This document shows, one piece after another, positions 61,750 through 64,000 of a stretch of 64,000 bases of DNA. This stretch comes from Eledone cirrhosa. Taxonomy: Eukaryota. The position numbers were made by a program, and so were the translations under genes. A model generated the notes under the pieces. The model did not search any database. It worked only from the letters and a program-made list of their open reading frames with translations, and was not told the DNA's origin. The stretch lies in contig OZ024740.1 in the NCBI GenBank assembly GCA_964016885.1, positions 114,390,001-114,454,000 of the forward strand, written 5' to 3'. Position 1 is the stretch's first letter. The number at the start of each line of letters is the position of its first letter.

Positions 61750-63832
61750 TACCGTACTTTTGGTAGAGGAGGGATGGTTTTTACATCCCTTTTCACTTGA
61801 TCGTCTGGTGAAGGGACCGTTGAATTGAATCGTCCCTTGGGCTGTTCGTCGGCTCTTCTAAGAGAATGTCTGAATATACTCTTCGATTGATGGTTCCTCC
61901 TAGGTCCCTGAAATCACCAACTGCGTTGGGGAATTTCGTTTTAATGTTTGTGTATTGTTTCTGTGCTATTTTTAGCAATCTTATGTTAGTTGGCGTTTTG
62001 ATTGGTGCTGGTATTATGTAGTCGTGTTGCGAAATGTCTGTGTGTTCAATTATGTAAGTCATTAGTTTCTTGTTGTGTGTATTTATTGCCGTGCATTTGT
62101 TTTTATGGGGGTGGGTGTTGTTCTGCTATTTTCTTGTCGTTGTTGCTGGGTGTGTGTGTTTTGTTGTTGTGTTTGCGCTGTTGGTGCTTGTGGTGGTGGT
62201 GTTGAAGGTGTTGTTGGCGGTGGGGTTGTCGCCGGTGGTGATGGTGGTGCTAGTGTGGGTGGTGATGGTGTTGGTGGTGTTGCTGCTGTGGGTCTCTTTG
62301 CTGTAGACTTTACCCTTTTCTCATTTCTTTCCTCCCTTTTCAAAGGCGACGATGCGCTGCTTCTGCGTTTGTGCCTTCTTACGACCTTTTGCCATCTCTC
62401 TCCCACCTCACACTCCATGTCTGATTCTGTGAGGTCGGGGAAGGGTACCAGCTCCACTCTTTCACTTGTTGTTGTTGGTGATGTTTGCACTGGAGTCTCT
62501 GTTGCAGCTGCATTTGGTATTGCTGTTGTTGTTGTTAATATTTCGACTGCTGCTGCTGTTTTTGATTTCCGTGGCGTGGGTATGGGTGCCACGGACCTAT
62601 CGTTCCTGGTTGCCGCTTGTCCTTTTGCTGGTAGCCGTGGAGCCGGTTTCGGAAGGAGGGGGGTTTCTCCTTTCTCAGGGTCTTCTCGTTGCAGAAGGCC
62701 CTGAGGTGAGTCTTCGATCCACAGCGAAAGCATTTCGGGCGTTTTCATTCAACACTTATGGGCAGTTGAGTGCCGTTATCGAAGTCTATCACATCCGGGA
62801 TAGCTTCGATGCACTCCTGGTTGGTTTGGATTAGCATCTCAATGGAGGTGCCGACCCAATCTTCTCGTACTTTTTTCTGTACTTGCAGTACAGTTGTTTT
62901 GTCCTCGATTTCGACGAGGACAGACGCGACCAGCCAAGAAGGGGTCATCCCGGGGGGGACGTGGGTCAGTTTGACCCTCACAATTTTTTGCCCGCAGTAG
63001 GAGGGCACCAACACCATTTCCTCGCTCCTTAGGGTCACTACGGATTGGGCCTTTGCCTCCTGGGGTGTGGCAAATAGTACGTCTACGGTGGCATATTTTT
63101 CCGCTGCCACACAGACACCAAGGCTTTTTGTATTTGAGCCTCTGTGGCTCTTTCCACCCTACCGGATTTTGTACTTACTGTACGGTACGTGACCGTACAG
63201 TGCTGTTGGGTTTCGAAACATTTTTCCGCTGCCTTGCAGATTGCTCGGTGTCCAGTCTTTGTCACCATCTTCTTCGCTTCCTCTAATTCCTCATTTGTTA
63301 TGAGGATTGTTTCCAAGTTTTTCGCAATACCTGCAAATGAAATTGGTTTTTCTTTGCTGCTGTTGTTGTTGTTGTCGTCAGAGCTGCTGTTACTTTTGTT
63401 GTTGCTGCAGGTACTACGACTACTGCCTCCGCCGCTGTTGCTGTGGTTGTTGTTGGTGTTGCTGCTGCTAATGCTGTTGTTGTTTATGCTGCTGGTGATG
63501 CTGTTGCGGCTGCTACTGTTGTTTTCATTGTCACTGTTGCTGTTGTTATTACGGCTGCTACTGCTATTATTCCTGACGTCAGACGAATGAACTGGGTTTT
63601 CGTATTACCCGCACACCTGTTTCGTAGCTGTCGTCGTCGTCGTGGAGAAACCTTGCACGCTTTGCACGAGACTTTTCTTTTCTTTCGTCGCTTGCGAAAG
63701 AGAAGGGAGGGAGAGAGACACATTTAAAGAAGGGAGGGAGAGAGACAATCTTCTCTCTGCTGTAGTGACGATTGAGGAAAAAGAAGACGGAATGAGTGGG
63801 AGTGACCTATGCAAATTCTTTTTCGTAGCCAT
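61750..63832 (-). pseudogene. ORF1 of element D (knuckle CFRCGSKTHLRAFC), stops and frameshifts
   Basis: Pieces 63605-63832, 63083-63316, 62745-63110, 62083-62748 and 61793-62062 are homologous to ORF1 of C. Confidence 0.85.
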
Positions 63833-64000
63833 GTTGTTTTTTTGTTAAAAATAAATATTGGGTACAAAACCCCAATAAGCAGTTATTTAACCCCGAAGGG
63901 CCAAATAACGGACAGAAAGACCCCTCTCACGAGGAGGAGGGTGTTTTTGTCTACAAGTTGGTCTAAGTTTTAAACAATTTACAATTGTTATAGCGTTCAA

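Larger units (their letters stand above)
58039..64000 (-). mobile_element. Tx1-like element D (open ORF2, disrupted ORF1; 5' end at or beyond the window edge)
   Basis: 3' UTR near-identical to C, ORF2 at 58294-61713, ORF1 pieces up to 63832. Confidence 0.93.

Overview
Repeat-dense, AT/microsatellite-rich metazoan DNA with no recognisable host gene. The SINE families resemble those of octopod cephalopods (from recall, not searched). The main result is a set of hammerhead ribozyme (HHR) elements embedded in (TA)n tracts. These include a near-perfect 10-copy, 310-bp tandem array (44377-47456) carrying one type I HHR per unit on the minus strand, which looks like a non-LTR retrozyme. A second, ~430-bp HHR family is present in two circularly permuted copies (4.6-5.2 kb and 42.6-43.0 kb), and further unrelated HHR elements lie at 6.1, 23.1 and 41.6-42.4 kb. 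Three of these families share an unusual U-U pair at the base of stem II, a palindromic stem III and a GUA cleavage site. Penelope-like (GIY-YIG/RT) relics, their likely mobilising partners, occupy the same (TA)n niche. The window also holds L1-group Tx1-like LINEs inserted in (TAA)n: one intact full-length copy with a 15-bp TSD, a head-to-tail array of four elements showing an ORF1 swap and an ORF2-less deletion derivative, and a truncated copy with an internal duplication. These LINEs share a covarying CUUGU 3' stem-loop with a tRNA-derived SINE. Relics of CRE, RTE, mariner and hAT elements and a dispersed hairpin element family are also present. Most short ORFs in the track are microsatellite or antisense artefacts.
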